This document shows, piece after piece, positions 30,099-39,778 of a stretch of 60,350 nucleotides of DNA. Position 1 is the stretch's first letter, and the number at the start of each line of letters is the position of its first letter. The notes below the pieces were generated by a model. The model ran no database searches and was not told where the DNA came from. It worked only from the letters and a program-made list of their open reading frames with translations. Source of the DNA: an uncultured Clostridia bacterium (GTDB taxonomy: Bacteria > Bacillota > Clostridia > TANB77 > CAG-508). Position numbers and translations under genes: made by a program. Where the stretch lies: positions 1-60,350 of the forward strand of contig CANQDX010000004.1 of the NCBI GenBank assembly GCA_947594065.1, given 5' to 3'.

Positions 30099-30126
30099 AG
30101 GATAAGCAAATTATGCTTATCCTTTT
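30099..30126. terminator. bidirectional terminator between agrD and the convergent kinase gene
   Basis: AGGATAAGCA-aatta-TGCTTATCCT flanked by A-run and T-run. Confidence 0.8.
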
Positions 30127-30137
30127 AGCATATTTAA

Positions 30138-31487
30138 TTATAAATTATACATTTCCAATTGTTGTTTAAAGAAACGTTCATCTTTACTTGTAAATAAATT
30201 TAAGTTATTATTTTTCTTTAAAATTTGTCTTACTTCCCATAAGCCAAGTCCTGTATTACCAGGTTTAGTAGAATATTTCTTTTCAAATATTTTTTCTGTA
30301 TCAACATCTTTATTTAAGTACGTATTTTCCACAAGAAGTATTTGTCTATTTCTTTTAGAATCTTTTCTAATTTCAATATTAACTATTTTTTCTTCACAAT
30401 CTTTAGCTGCTTCTAATGCGTTGTCTAATAAAATTCCTAAAATTCTTGTGAATTCATATATTTTCATATTTAATGTATTAAGGTCTAAAAATACATTAAT
30501 ATTCATTTCAATGTTAAGTTCTAAGGCTTCATCATATTTAGACGAAATTAAAGCAAAAACTGCAGGATTATTAATAGTTTTCGTATTTAGTGCTCCTAAG
30601 TTATTTACTTTATTAATGTCTTTTTGAATTTGAGAATAGTAATTACTTAAGCCATTCATATCTTTTACTTGCACATAACCACCAATTGTACACATAATGT
30701 TTGAAAAATCGTGTCTAAATCCGTGTAAGTCATCTTGTGATAATTTTAAAAGTCTATTTTGCTCTTTTTCTTGTTCCAAATTTAAAGAAGTTAACTCTAA
30801 TTGTGTAGTTTTACTTAAACTATATATGCTTAGTACAAAGTATGCCATTAAACTTAAATTACTAAATATAACAATATAAATTGGCAAAACATCTAAATAA
30901 AATCCAGTTATAATAAATTGTATTGCTAAAGCAAGGATTGCAAGTGCAAAATTTAGCATAAAAATTGTTTTATTTTTCTTTGACATATTTTCTAATAGAG
31001 ATATTTGCACTTTAGAATATTTTATGATTAAGTAAACTATAAATATTAATGTCTGAATACATAAAGCATAAATGAATCTATATAAAGGAATTGTGGTTAT
31101 GCTTGTTATATTAAAGTTAAAGAAAACAGAAGAGAATTTAATCATAATAGATTCACATAATATTGTAAAAAAAGTAGGTATGATAAGCGAAAATATAGTT
31201 TTAATTATATTCGTATGAAAGAATATCTTAATACATACTAACATTAAAACCATATTAACTAAAGATTTTATAGGATTAGGTATTAATACATTAAAAATAT
31301 TAGCTAGTGTTGATGCTATTAAAATATATTTTATTTTTGTTTTTTTATCTGATTTAATATTTAGTACAGTGGTAAAAAGTAACATATTTATAAATGTTTC
31401 TAAGAAAGATTCTGGTACTAAAATTATAGTTGTTAATAATTCATTCTCCGTTGTTAATGCTGTCCAAATTGTTTGAAATAGTTCCAT
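30138..31487 (-). CDS. AgrC-like sensor histidine kinase (GHKL ATPase, multi-TM sensor)
   Basis: 449 aa with about six N-terminal TM segments, H-box LHGFRHDFSN, and a C-terminal ATPase (LDNALEA..., KPGNTGLGLW). Confidence 0.8.
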   Translation of the reverse strand: MELFQTIWTALTTENELLTTIILVPESFLETFINMLLFTTVLNIKSDKKTKIKYILIASTLANIFNVLIPNPIKSLVNMVLMLVCIKIFFHTNIIKTIFSLIIPTFFTILCESIMIKFSSVFFNFNITSITTIPLYRFIYALCIQTLIFIVYLIIKYSKVQISLLENMSKKNKTIFMLNFALAILALAIQFIITGFYLDVLPIYIVIFSNLSLMAYFVLSIYSLSKTTQLELTSLNLEQEKEQNRLLKLSQDDLHGFRHDFSNIMCTIGGYVQVKDMNGLSNYYSQIQKDINKVNNLGALNTKTINNPAVFALISSKYDEALELNIEMNINVFLDLNTLNMKIYEFTRILGILLDNALEAAKDCEEKIVNIEIRKDSKRNRQILLVENTYLNKDVDTEKIFEKKYSTKPGNTGLGLWEVRQILKKNNNLNLFTSKDERFFKQQLEMYNL

Positions 31488-32181
31488 ATTTAAAAACCTC
31501 CATTAAATTATTTTTATATTTTGGTCCAATATCACAAGATAAATTGTTTCCAAAGATAATTTTATTTTTATTTGTATTAATATTTAAAATATTTTCTGTA
31601 TTTACAATATAAGATTTGTGACAACGCACAAAATTGCTTGAAAGGTTACTTTCAAGTTTATTAAAAGAATTGTAGGTCTGATATTCACCAGAGTTTGTGC
31701 AAAAAACAAGCTTCATTTTATCTCTTTTAATATAATTTATTTCTTTTTCATTTATAATAGTTTTATTGTTTATTTGTACATATTTTTGAGAAGGATTATT
31801 ACTTAAATCATCTAAAAGCCTATTAAGTGTTATTTCTAATCTTTCCATAGTAATTGGCTTAGGTAAATAGTCAAAAGTCTTAACAGAATAAGCCACTAGC
31901 GAGTATTCCAAATGCCCAGTTGAAAATATAATATATACTTTCTTGTTATTCTTTCTAATCTTCTGTGCTAAGTCAATACCAGAAATATTAGAATTCAAAT
32001 TAATGTCTAGAATTAGAACATCAATATTATTGTTTCTTTCGTATTCTAAAACCTTTTGAGGATTATCTGTAAAAAAAGATACCTTTGCATCAATATCGTT
32101 TTTTACAAATAATATTTCAAGCATTTCCTTTAATTTCTTTACAATACTTAAATTATCATCACAAAGTACAAAATTTAACAT
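31441..32181 (-). CDS. LytTR-family response regulator (AgrA-like)
   Basis: Receiver domain (VLCDDN...DVLILDINL) plus a C-terminal LytTR domain (FVRCHKSYIVN). It overlaps the kinase gene start by 47 nt. Start ATG 32181 after GGAGG. Confidence 0.85.
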   Translation of the reverse strand: MLNFVLCDDNLSIVKKLKEMLEILFVKNDIDAKVSFFTDNPQKVLEYERNNNIDVLILDINLNSNISGIDLAQKIRKNNKKVYIIFSTGHLEYSLVAYSVKTFDYLPKPITMERLEITLNRLLDDLSNNPSQKYVQINNKTIINEKEINYIKRDKMKLVFCTNSGEYQTYNSFNKLESNLSSNFVRCHKSYIVNTENILNINTNKNKIIFGNNLSCDIGPKYKNNLMEVFKYGTISNNLDSINNGE

Positions 32182-32570
32182 AATTAATTCCTCCATATAA
32201 TATAAAAACATTATATCAAGGCAATTTATTTTTTATCTATAGTGCGTTTTCTGGCAAAAGCAGACAAAAAAATGAAAAAATTACCTAATATTTCCATTTT
32301 CCAAAACAATATAACAAAATCTGTTGCTTGTCAAGATAATAATAAGTTAAATTTTTAAAGAAAAAAAGATTTAATTAAACGCCAAATTCTTTTATTTTAT
32401 AGAGATTTTAAAGGATGAAGAATATTTTTTAAAATGGGAAAATATGGAAAAACATTTTAAAAAACCAGTGGTAGTTTGGAACTTTATTAATATAAAAAAC
32501 AATTTGCCTTATTAAAGTTATTTTTTTGCTTTTTTTTCATAAGATTTAAGAAGATAAGGAGTAGAGAAGT

Positions 32571-33392
32571 ATGAATTCAAGAAAAAAAGTTTTATTTTTA
32601 AGCATTTTAAGTGCTTTTATTTTAGTATTATTCAGCATTTTAATAGCAAATGACAATTTGTTAAGTACAAAAGCGGTGCACGCTAACGCAGAAGTTAGCT
32701 TATCTAATGCAAAAATAGAATGGGGCATTAAAAGAGAAAAAGACCACAAGCAACCAGATTTAGGTTCTAGAAACAAGGAGCTAATAGAAAAGTATAATGG
32801 AATGGCAATGGGAAATTCAGAAGATAAATATATTTATTTAACTTTTGATTTAGGATATGAAGCAGGCTATACAGAGAATATATTAAAAACGCTAAAGGCT
32901 AATAATGTAAATGCTACTTTTTTTATTACAGCTCATTATGTTAATACTGCATCCAACATAGTAGAAACTATGATAAATGATGGACATATTATAGGAAATC
33001 ATACTGTTAATCATAAAAGCATACCATCTTTAAGTGAAGAAGATTTAACTAAGGAGTTAATGAATTTACACACAGCAGTTTATGAAAAGTTCAATTATGA
33101 AATGAAATATATGAGACCACCTAAGGGCGAGTACAGTGATAGATCTTTAAATATTGTTACTAAGTTAGGTTATGTACCTGTTATGTGGAGTTTTGCTTAT
33201 GCGGATTGGGATGAAGCAAAACAGCCTTCACAAAATGATGGAATTAATAAAATAGTTGAAAATGTACATAATGGAGAGATTATGTTATTGCACGCTACTT
33301 CTAAAACGAATATGGAAATTTTAGATACGGTTATTAAGCAAGTAAAAGAGATGGGATATGAGTTTAAGTCATTAGACGAATTCGCCAAATAA
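32571..33392 (+). CDS. pdaA: delta-lactam-biosynthetic de-N-acetylase (polysaccharide deacetylase, sporulation)
   Basis: Signal anchor. WGIKREKDHKQP...IYLTFDLGYEAGYT...FFITAHY...GHIIGNHTVNH...RPPKGEYS...WSFAYADW matches PdaA-type NodB domains. Confidence 0.8.
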   Translation: MNSRKKVLFLSILSAFILVLFSILIANDNLLSTKAVHANAEVSLSNAKIEWGIKREKDHKQPDLGSRNKELIEKYNGMAMGNSEDKYIYLTFDLGYEAGYTENILKTLKANNVNATFFITAHYVNTASNIVETMINDGHIIGNHTVNHKSIPSLSEEDLTKELMNLHTAVYEKFNYEMKYMRPPKGEYSDRSLNIVTKLGYVPVMWSFAYADWDEAKQPSQNDGINKIVENVHNGEIMLLHATSKTNMEILDTVIKQVKEMGYEFKSLDEFAK

Positions 33393-33420
33393 ACTGTAAT
33401 TTGTCTATCTAATATTTAAG

Positions 33421-33584
33421 TTCGCTCCCGGTGATTTATTAAAATTTTCATCGCAACGCCCCAACTGCATAATAGTCTGTAGAGCAGAAACTTCACGAGA
33501 GTTCGTTTCTGCTAACAGCCTATAATTTGTCGGTCCCCACCCATAACTTGCTCGAAAATTTTAATTGAAATCACCTCGCGCTAC
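33421..33584 (-). ncRNA. ssrS: 6S RNA-like (SsrS) structured RNA; strand assignment tentative
   Basis: A GC-enriched segment of about 165 nt in a 260-bp intergenic region. The ends form a long imperfect helix: GGTGATTT + ATTAAAATTTTC (33430-33449) pairs with 33554-33575. The centre is a stem-loop (CTGTAGAGCAGAAAC...GTTTCTGCTAACAG), and a large internal bubble is non-complementary on both strands. The minus strand is G-rich (44 G vs 26 C by my count), and its 5' bubble reads GGGGACCGAC, resembling the B. subtilis 6S-1 pRNA template GACCGAAC (from memory). Confidence 0.55.
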
Positions 33585-33651
33585 TCTAATAATCTTAGTA
33601 AATTTTTTATTATGCATACAAATTACAATTTACAGAAAAAGGAGGAAAGCG

Positions 33652-33939
33652 ATGAAAAGAAAAAAGCCAAAACAATATACAAAACTAGATAGCTTGCTTG
33701 AAATTCCAAGAGAAGTAGCATCAACAGATATAAAAATAACAATGAATGGATTTAACGAAATATTAATAGAAAATTACAAAAATATCTTAGAATATCAAGA
33801 TATTTTAATTAAAGTAAATACATTCGAAGGGGCCATTACAATTTATGGATTTGGCTTAAAATTAGAACAAATGACAGACGAAGATATAAAAGTAAATGGA
33901 AAAATAGATACAATAGAATTAGAAAGAATAACAGATTAG
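33652..33939 (+). CDS. yqfC: sporulation protein YqfC
   Basis: Start ATG 33652 after AAAGGAGGAAA; the track ORF N-terminal extension overlaps the RNA. IPREVASTDIKITMNGFNEILIENYKNILEYQD is typical YqfC. Confidence 0.8.
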   Translation: MKRKKPKQYTKLDSLLEIPREVASTDIKITMNGFNEILIENYKNILEYQDILIKVNTFEGAITIYGFGLKLEQMTDEDIKVNGKIDTIELERITD

Positions 33940-33969
33940 AAAAAATAGTTTTCTAAGGGGAGGACAAAA

Positions 33970-35157
33970 TTGTTTATTAAAATTATTTTAAACTATATAT
34001 TAGGTTTCGTTACCATAACAGTAGAAGGCTTTTTTGTAGAAAGATTCATTAACACTTGTATGAACAATAAAGTGTTTTTGTGGGGAACGAAAAGAAAAAG
34101 TACAACACTACTTACTACTAATATCAATATAAGTGACTTTAAAAAAATTAGAAAAATAGCAAGAACAACCAAGTGCAAAGTAAGTATTCGTTCTAAAAAA
34201 GGCTTACCAATTTTAATACATAGATATAGAAAAAGGAAATTATTACTGTTATTAATGATACCAATCATTCTTGCAATTATTATTTCTTCTAGATTTATAT
34301 GGAATATAGAAATTGTTGGTACGCAAGCAATTAGCCAAGAGGAAATAATGGAGAATTTAAAAGAAGAAGGTGTACTAATTGGAAAAACTAAAAGTAGTAT
34401 AAACTCTAAAAAAGTAATTAGTAATATTCGATTAAAAAGGCAAGATATTTCGTGGATGTCTATAGATTTAAAAGGAACCAATGTTATAGTAAACATTGTA
34501 GAAGCTGAGCAAAAGCCAGAAATAATTAATAAAGATGAATATTGCAGTATTGTTTCAGATGCAAGAGGTGTTATTACAAAAATTACAGCAGATGTGGGAA
34601 CTGCTCTTGTTAAGCCGGGAGATATTATAAATAAGGGAGATGTTTTAATTGGTGGCTATATGGAAGGTAAATTCACAGATACAAGACAAGTTCACGCAAA
34701 AGGAATAGTTGAAGCAAAAGTTTGGCATACAAAAAATATAAAATCAGGATTTACTAGGGAAATAAGCACAAAAACTGGTAATGAAAAAAAGAAATATGCA
34801 ATTTCTTTTAATAATTTTAAAATAAATTTATATAAAACCCTTCCAAATTTTGAAAACTATGATACAATAAATGAGACGAATAAAATAAAGTTATTTAAAA
34901 ATTTTTATTTGCCAATAGAAATTCATACAACAACTTATATAGAAAATAAAAAAGAGCAAATTACTTACGGAAAAGAAGAATTAAAGGCAATTTTAATTAA
35001 TGAATTGGAAAAGCAATTTGAAGAAGAAGGAATAGACAAATTAAATGTTACTAATAAAGTTGTAAATATTTACGAAAACGAAGATAATACATTAGAACTT
35101 GAAATGACCTATGAAGTAATTTCCAATATTGGTGTAGAAGAAAAATTGAATGAATAA
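33970..35157 (+). CDS. yqfD: sporulation protein YqfD (stage IV)
   Basis: 395 aa, an N-terminal segment plus one TM, in the conserved position after yqfC. Confidence 0.75.
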   Translation: MFIKIILNYILGFVTITVEGFFVERFINTCMNNKVFLWGTKRKSTTLLTTNINISDFKKIRKIARTTKCKVSIRSKKGLPILIHRYRKRKLLLLLMIPIILAIIISSRFIWNIEIVGTQAISQEEIMENLKEEGVLIGKTKSSINSKKVISNIRLKRQDISWMSIDLKGTNVIVNIVEAEQKPEIINKDEYCSIVSDARGVITKITADVGTALVKPGDIINKGDVLIGGYMEGKFTDTRQVHAKGIVEAKVWHTKNIKSGFTREISTKTGNEKKKYAISFNNFKINLYKTLPNFENYDTINETNKIKLFKNFYLPIEIHTTTYIENKKEQITYGKEELKAILINELEKQFEEEGIDKLNVTNKVVNIYENEDNTLELEMTYEVISNIGVEEKLNE

Positions 35158-36380
35158 TGTATGACAGAATCATAAAATTTAAGTTAGAAAGGAATCAAAA
35201 GATAATGGAAGAAAGAAGTTTAAGAGTTTATGAACAAAAAACGTTTTTCTCAAAAATTGGAACAACAATAGGAAAAATACTAATGCCAACAAAGATTGGT
35301 TTAAACAGTGTTATGATTTCTGTTAAAAGAAATAACGTATTAAAAGCGTATGAAGCTGTAAAAAATTTTACAGAAGAAAATACTGAAAAAAGGGAACATC
35401 TAAATCAGAAGTATGAAGATACTTTTGCCTTATACCTAGAGTCAATTGATAAATATATAATGGATTCTATTTACAAAAAAGTTAAAAGTGGTATAGCTAG
35501 CGCATTTGAAGAAAATGCATTATCTAAATATTATATGATAACTCATTTAAAGGAAACGCAATATTTAGAATATAAATACAGAAAACAAAAATATTTATTA
35601 GAGTTAGATTATGAAATTATAAAAGAATCTGGAAAAGAAAAAACAATGCAAAAATTCCAACAGTTCTATATTGAAAAGATGGATACATTGTACAAAGGAA
35701 TTTTAAAAAATTATTCTATTCAATTAGCTGATAACCTAAAAACCTCTGCAAATGATAAGAATGAAATTTATGATAAAGTTTTTGATACAGTTGAAGAATA
35801 CATTCTTAATATTCTAAATCTTAAAATGAAATTAGAAGAGTACAATATAGAAAAAGCAACATTAGATGAATATGATAGATATGCTAAATTTTTAGCAGGA
35901 AAGCCAGATTCAGTTGATTTACTTGAAAAGAAAATGATTATTTTATCACTTAGCAGAAAATTGTTTACTCATAGCTTACCTCTTATTATTGCAGAGCAAT
36001 GCTATGAACAACTATTGAATGAAATAAGGTCTGAATTAGTTCATTCTAAAAATAAAAGAATGGCCCAAAAATCGTATGAGATGTTGTTAAATATTTTAGA
36101 AGAATATAATATAGGATTATTATCTACTAAAATATATTGGGACAAACCACAAGAAAAAGAAGAGTTTAAAGCCTTTTGGGAGGTATTCAAAAAAGCTTCC
36201 TCAGAAAAAGAAAAAGATATTATATTACTAAAAAAAGATTTAAAACAAATTAGCAAAGAGCCAGAAAGATATAAATTAGTAATAGATGTATATAAAAATA
36301 AATTAGTAGAATTGGGAGCAATGAGACAAGTTAAAGATGCTTGTAAAACATTGCAAACAAGATATATTAAGAAAAAATAA
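35157..36380 (+). CDS. hypothetical helical protein
   Basis: 407-aa ORF, K/E-rich, with no motif I recognise. It occupies the position held by phoH/pgpH in Bacillus. Confidence 0.45.
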   Translation: MYDRIIKFKLERNQKIMEERSLRVYEQKTFFSKIGTTIGKILMPTKIGLNSVMISVKRNNVLKAYEAVKNFTEENTEKREHLNQKYEDTFALYLESIDKYIMDSIYKKVKSGIASAFEENALSKYYMITHLKETQYLEYKYRKQKYLLELDYEIIKESGKEKTMQKFQQFYIEKMDTLYKGILKNYSIQLADNLKTSANDKNEIYDKVFDTVEEYILNILNLKMKLEEYNIEKATLDEYDRYAKFLAGKPDSVDLLEKKMIILSLSRKLFTHSLPLIIAEQCYEQLLNEIRSELVHSKNKRMAQKSYEMLLNILEEYNIGLLSTKIYWDKPQEKEEFKAFWEVFKKASSEKEKDIILLKKDLKQISKEPERYKLVIDVYKNKLVELGAMRQVKDACKTLQTRYIKKK

Positions 36381-36393
36381 ATGAGGGAAGAGA

Positions 36394-36873
36394 ATGGAAA
36401 ATAAAGCAGAACTAAATTATACAGATATAGAAGAAAAGCCAGAATATAATACTATTATACAAAAAGTAGTAAGACAAGCGTTCTTAGAGGAAAAACTAGA
36501 TAATTGCAATTTATATATCAATATTATTTTAACTAATCCAGTAAATATCAGAAAAATAAATAAAGAGTATAGAAAAGTAGATAAAGAAACAGATGTCTTG
36601 TCTTTTCCAATGTTTGAAAAAGATGAATTAAAACAAATAATAGAAAAAGGAAATCCAATAGAAGAAGTATTAGGAGATGTAATTATATCTATTCCACAGG
36701 TAGAAAAACAAGCAGAAGAATATGGACATAGTTTTGAAAGAGAACTAGCGTATATGGTAATTCACGGATTTTATCATTTGATGGGTTATGATCATATTGA
36801 TGAAGAAGATAAAAAAGTAATGAGACAAAAAGAAGAAAATGTATTAGAAAAATTAAGTATAAATAGAAATTAA
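36394..36873 (+). CDS. ybeY: rRNA maturation endoribonuclease YbeY
   Basis: Zinc motif HGFYHLMGYDH. Confidence 0.9.
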   Translation: MENKAELNYTDIEEKPEYNTIIQKVVRQAFLEEKLDNCNLYINIILTNPVNIRKINKEYRKVDKETDVLSFPMFEKDELKQIIEKGNPIEEVLGDVIISIPQVEKQAEEYGHSFERELAYMVIHGFYHLMGYDHIDEEDKKVMRQKEENVLEKLSINRN

Positions 36874-36903
36874 GATTATAATGCAGAAAGGAAAGCAATC
36901 AAA

Positions 36904-37674
36904 ATGGAAAATAAAAATCAAGAGCCTAATGAAGAAAAAGAGAAGAAATTAAAAAATAAAAATTTTATAGATGCGTGGGTAAATGCTTTTAATGGAATTA
37001 TCTATTCTGTTACAACTCAAAGTAATATAAAAAAACAATTAGTAATTGCTGTTATTGTTATGCTTATTAGTTTGCTATTTGACTTATCACGTGCAGAATT
37101 TTTATGTTTAATGTTTACAATTGTACTTATAATTGTAGCAGAAATGTTCAATACAGCAATAGAAACGGTAGTAGATTTATATACGGATTTATATCACCCT
37201 AAAGCTAAAATAGCTAAAGATGTTGGAGCAGGAGGAGTTGTTATTGCATCTATTAATGCTATCATTGTAGCTTATTTTTTGTTTTTTGATAAAATAAGTG
37301 ATATAGGATTAAACTTCATCAGAAATTTAGCCAATTCACCAGTACATATGGCATTTATAGGGATTTTCTTAATTATTATATTAATTGTTACATTAAAAGC
37401 AATGGCATCTACGAATAAACACAAACTTCTAAAAAGTAGCTTTTCTCCTAGCGGACAGGCTGCTATGGCATTTGGAGCTAATACAATTATTTGGCTATCT
37501 ACCACTAATATTGTTGTATTAACTTTATCAATGGTAATGGCAATCTTAGTGTGTGTCACACGAATGGAAACAAAGCAAAAAAAATTAGGAGAGATTATTA
37601 TTGGCGCATTAATAGGCATTTCTGTTGTATCATTATTATATGGCTTAGCGGGATTATTTTTAAAATACTTTTAA
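36904..37674 (+). CDS. dgkA: diacylglycerol/undecaprenol kinase DgkA fused to a degenerate PAP2-like membrane domain
   Basis: The N-terminal part (about 130 aa) has AEMFNTAIETVVD and KDVGAGGV, the DgkA motifs. The C-terminal part (about 120 aa) has SFSPSGQAAMAF and VTRMETKQKKLGEII. These resemble PAP2 motifs C2/C3 with the catalytic His residues replaced. Confidence 0.7.
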   Translation: MENKNQEPNEEKEKKLKNKNFIDAWVNAFNGIIYSVTTQSNIKKQLVIAVIVMLISLLFDLSRAEFLCLMFTIVLIIVAEMFNTAIETVVDLYTDLYHPKAKIAKDVGAGGVVIASINAIIVAYFLFFDKISDIGLNFIRNLANSPVHMAFIGIFLIIILIVTLKAMASTNKHKLLKSSFSPSGQAAMAFGANTIIWLSTTNIVVLTLSMVMAILVCVTRMETKQKKLGEIIIGALIGISVVSLLYGLAGLFLKYF

Positions 37675-37686
37675 TAGGAGGAACCA

Positions 37687-38721
37687 ATGAAAAAATTTTT
37701 AATAACTATTATAATTATTTTAATTCTTGTAATCGTGGTAACAGTAACGTATGGCGTATATAAGGTGTTTCGCCAAGAAGCAGAAATAATAGATAATGAA
37801 GTGGAGAAAATACCAGAAATAGTAGAAGAACCAGAGCCAGAAACAGTAAAAATTGTAAGTGGAAATAGCAGACCAATAGCGGTTATGATTGATAATGTAG
37901 GTTCTGCAAGACCACAAGCAGGATTAAATGATGCATATCTTGTTTATGAAATTATAGTTGAAGGAAGCCAAACAAGATTAATGGCATTATTTCAAAATAA
38001 AGAATTAGATAAAATTGGACCAATAAGAAGTTCTAGACATTATTTTCTAGATTATGCATTAGAAAATGATGCAATCTATGTTCACTTTGGTTGGAGTCCA
38101 AAGGCAAAGTCTGATATTTCTTCATTAAAAGTAAATAATATCAATGGAATGGTTGAAAGTTCAAAATCTTTCTGGAGAGTTAAAGAAAAGTCAGCACCAC
38201 ATAACGTTGTTACATCTACAAATAAAATATTAGAAATAGCAGAAAGAAAGAATTATCGTACAACAACACAGAAAGAAAGTGTATTAAACTATGTAACAAA
38301 CGAAGTGGAATTAGAAGAAGGAATTGATGCAAATAGTATAGCAATTCCATATTCTACATCATATAAAGTAACTTACAAATATGATGAAGAAACAAAAAGA
38401 TACACAAGAGGGTATAATAAAACAACTCAAAAAGATTGGACAACTAAAGAATTAGTAACAACTAAAAATATTATTATTACATTCATAAAAAACTCTACAT
38501 TAAAAGATGGTACAAATAAAGATAGACAAAACTTATCTAATATAGGCACTTTTGATGGCTATTATATTACAAATGGAAAAGCAATAAAAATAAAATGTTC
38601 AAAATCATCTAGAACAGCGCAAACTGTTTACAAAGACCTAGAAGGAAATGAAATAGAAGTTAATGACGGCAATACCTTCATACAAATTGTACCTGTTAAT
38701 AGTAAAATTGTGATAGAATAA
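37687..38721 (+). CDS. DUF3048 (YerB-like) secreted/lipoprotein
   Basis: Signal anchor; RPIAVMIDNVGSARPQAGLNDAYLVYEIIVEGSQTRLMALF is typical of DUF3048. Confidence 0.7.
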   Translation: MKKFLITIIIILILVIVVTVTYGVYKVFRQEAEIIDNEVEKIPEIVEEPEPETVKIVSGNSRPIAVMIDNVGSARPQAGLNDAYLVYEIIVEGSQTRLMALFQNKELDKIGPIRSSRHYFLDYALENDAIYVHFGWSPKAKSDISSLKVNNINGMVESSKSFWRVKEKSAPHNVVTSTNKILEIAERKNYRTTTQKESVLNYVTNEVELEEGIDANSIAIPYSTSYKVTYKYDEETKRYTRGYNKTTQKDWTTKELVTTKNIIITFIKNSTLKDGTNKDRQNLSNIGTFDGYYITNGKAIKIKCSKSSRTAQTVYKDLEGNEIEVNDGNTFIQIVPVNSKIVIE

Positions 38722-38804
38722 AAATTTTTTGTTTTAACAACTTATGACAAATTATGCAAATAAGAAGGAGTAAAATATACTTAAAAAATAAAAGAGGAAA
38801 ATAT

Positions 38805-39707
38805 ATGGAGGAATTCAAATCAGGTTTTGTATCAATTATTGGAAGAACTAACGTAGGAAAATCTACTTTAATTAATTCTTTGGTAGGAGAAAAAGTAGCC
38901 ATTATTGCAAATAAAACACAAACAACAAGAACTGCTATCAGAGCAATTGTAAATAGGCCAAATTCACAAATTGTATTTATAGATACGCCTGGTATTCATA
39001 AACCTAAAACTAAGTTAGGCGATACAATGATAGAAACAGCATTTGGAACTATTTCAGAAGTAGATGTTATATTATTTATGATAGAAGCAACATCTGATGA
39101 AATTGGAAGAGGAGATACAAAAATACTAGAAAAACTAAAAGAGGCAAATAAAAAAGTTATTTTATTAATTAATAAAATAGACTTGGTAAAAAAAGAGCAA
39201 ATAGCTAAAATAATAGATTTATATTCTAAGGCATATCATTTTGAAGCTATTATTCCAATTTCTGCTATCAAAGAAAAACAGGTAGAAATTATTTTGCAAG
39301 AAGTAGAAAAATTGCTAAAAGTTGGCCCAGCATATTATGATGTAGACGAATACACTGATCAAACAGGTAGACAATTAGTAGAAGAAACAATTAGAGAAAA
39401 AGCATTAAAATTATTACAAGATGAGATTCCACACGGAATATATGTTGAAGTTCAAAAAATGAAATTATCAAGAACAAAAAATAAGGAACCAATCTATAAT
39501 ATAGAAGTAGTTATTTATTGTTTAAGGGAATCACATAAGGGAATTATTATTGGAAAAAACGGAGAAATGCTAAAAAAAATTGGAAGTTACGCAAGGGAAG
39601 ACTTAGAAAAAATGTTAGATACAAAGATTAATTTAAAAACGTGGGTAAAAGTAAGAAAGGACTGGCAAAGCGAGGATAGTATTTTAAAAAAATTTAAATT
39701 TAATTAG
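38805..39707 (+). CDS. era: GTPase Era
   Basis: GFVSIIGRTNVGKST, DTPGIH, NKIDL and a C-terminal KH domain. Start ATG 38805. Confidence 0.93.
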   Translation: MEEFKSGFVSIIGRTNVGKSTLINSLVGEKVAIIANKTQTTRTAIRAIVNRPNSQIVFIDTPGIHKPKTKLGDTMIETAFGTISEVDVILFMIEATSDEIGRGDTKILEKLKEANKKVILLINKIDLVKKEQIAKIIDLYSKAYHFEAIIPISAIKEKQVEIILQEVEKLLKVGPAYYDVDEYTDQTGRQLVEETIREKALKLLQDEIPHGIYVEVQKMKLSRTKNKEPIYNIEVVIYCLRESHKGIIIGKNGEMLKKIGSYAREDLEKMLDTKINLKTWVKVRKDWQSEDSILKKFKFN

Positions 39708-39778
39708 TATAAAAATTTGAAAAATGCGAAAGATAAAATTAAAGGTAAATATAATACTTTTAACTTAGGAGTGGTGGT

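Noticed and set aside
32273-32359. 28-codon ORF (MKKLPNISIFQNNITKSVACQDNNKLNF) in the intergenic region upstream of pdaA, considered as a second signalling peptide.
   Set aside because: It has no Shine-Dalgarno, no AgrD-like tail or double-glycine leader, and no adjacent processing gene.
33565-33651. N-terminal extension of the yqfC ORF (MKSPRATLIILVNF...).
   Set aside because: It overlaps the structured 6S-like RNA. A strong RBS (AAAGGAGGAAA) precedes the internal ATG 33652, which gives a normal-length YqfC.
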